This document shows, piece by piece, positions 63,973 through 64,000 of a stretch of 64,000 bases of DNA. Both the position numbers and the translations under genes were made by a program. The notes below the pieces were generated by a model that saw only the letters and a list, made by a program, of their open reading frames with translations, was not told where the DNA came from and made no database searches. Origin of the DNA: Desulfobacterales bacterium (GTDB lineage Bacteria; Desulfobacterota; Desulfobacteria; Desulfobacterales; UBA11574); NCBI GenBank assembly GCA_035529735.1, contig DATKWE010000023.1:332-64331 (forward strand). The letters run 5' to 3'. Positions within the stretch are counted from its first letter, which is position 1. Each line of letters starts with the position of its first letter.

Positions 63973-64000
63973 ATAGGGAAATCAGATCATCTGCTCCCCT

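Overview
This is a chromosomal window from what looks like an anaerobic Desulfobacterota (Desulfobacterales-type) genome. The taxon is inferred from gene content only: alternative-haem radical-SAM genes flanking hemB, a PPi-dependent phosphofructokinase, orphan HPr/Enzyme I, and two Liv-type ABC uptake operons wired to aryl/acyl-CoA ligases. I support about 57 protein genes and one tRNA-Arg(UCU). There is no rRNA, CRISPR array, intact IS or prophage.

Gene layout:
- Minus strand, 1-37 kb: livMHK-ACT-paaK; enoyl-CoA hydratase-amidase-mutS; HIT; a translationally coupled Mut7-C/ATP-grasp/HD/UPF0280 block; lipoprotein-TPR-rpoH; nupC; CysZ-like/HD-GYP/SLOG; and a 9.4-kb livG-acyl-CoA synthetase-livHM-SBP-livF-lipoprotein-ligase operon.
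- Plus strand, 37-54 kb: ptsHI, smpB, ClpX-like-ahbC-hemB-ahbD, and a duplicated polar-amino-acid ABC operon.
- Minus strand to the end: Grx-TrxR fusion, RND efflux operon, aminotransferase.

Most interesting findings, all found by hand and absent from the ORF track:
1. A Phe-rich 28-codon leader ORF with a chain of mutually exclusive hairpins upstream of paaK, which is a candidate Phe attenuator.
2. A glutaredoxin-like gene with an in-frame UGA at the active-site Cys position, which is a candidate selenoprotein.
3. A zinc-finger-less ClpX paralogue co-oriented with alternative haem synthesis genes.
4. Dispersed intergenic repeats (an exact 20-mer in three copies, a 37-nt element in two), a 185-bp palindrome, and an inverted-repeat-bounded 350-bp element.

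Every functional call rests on motif recognition by eye; no database search was run.
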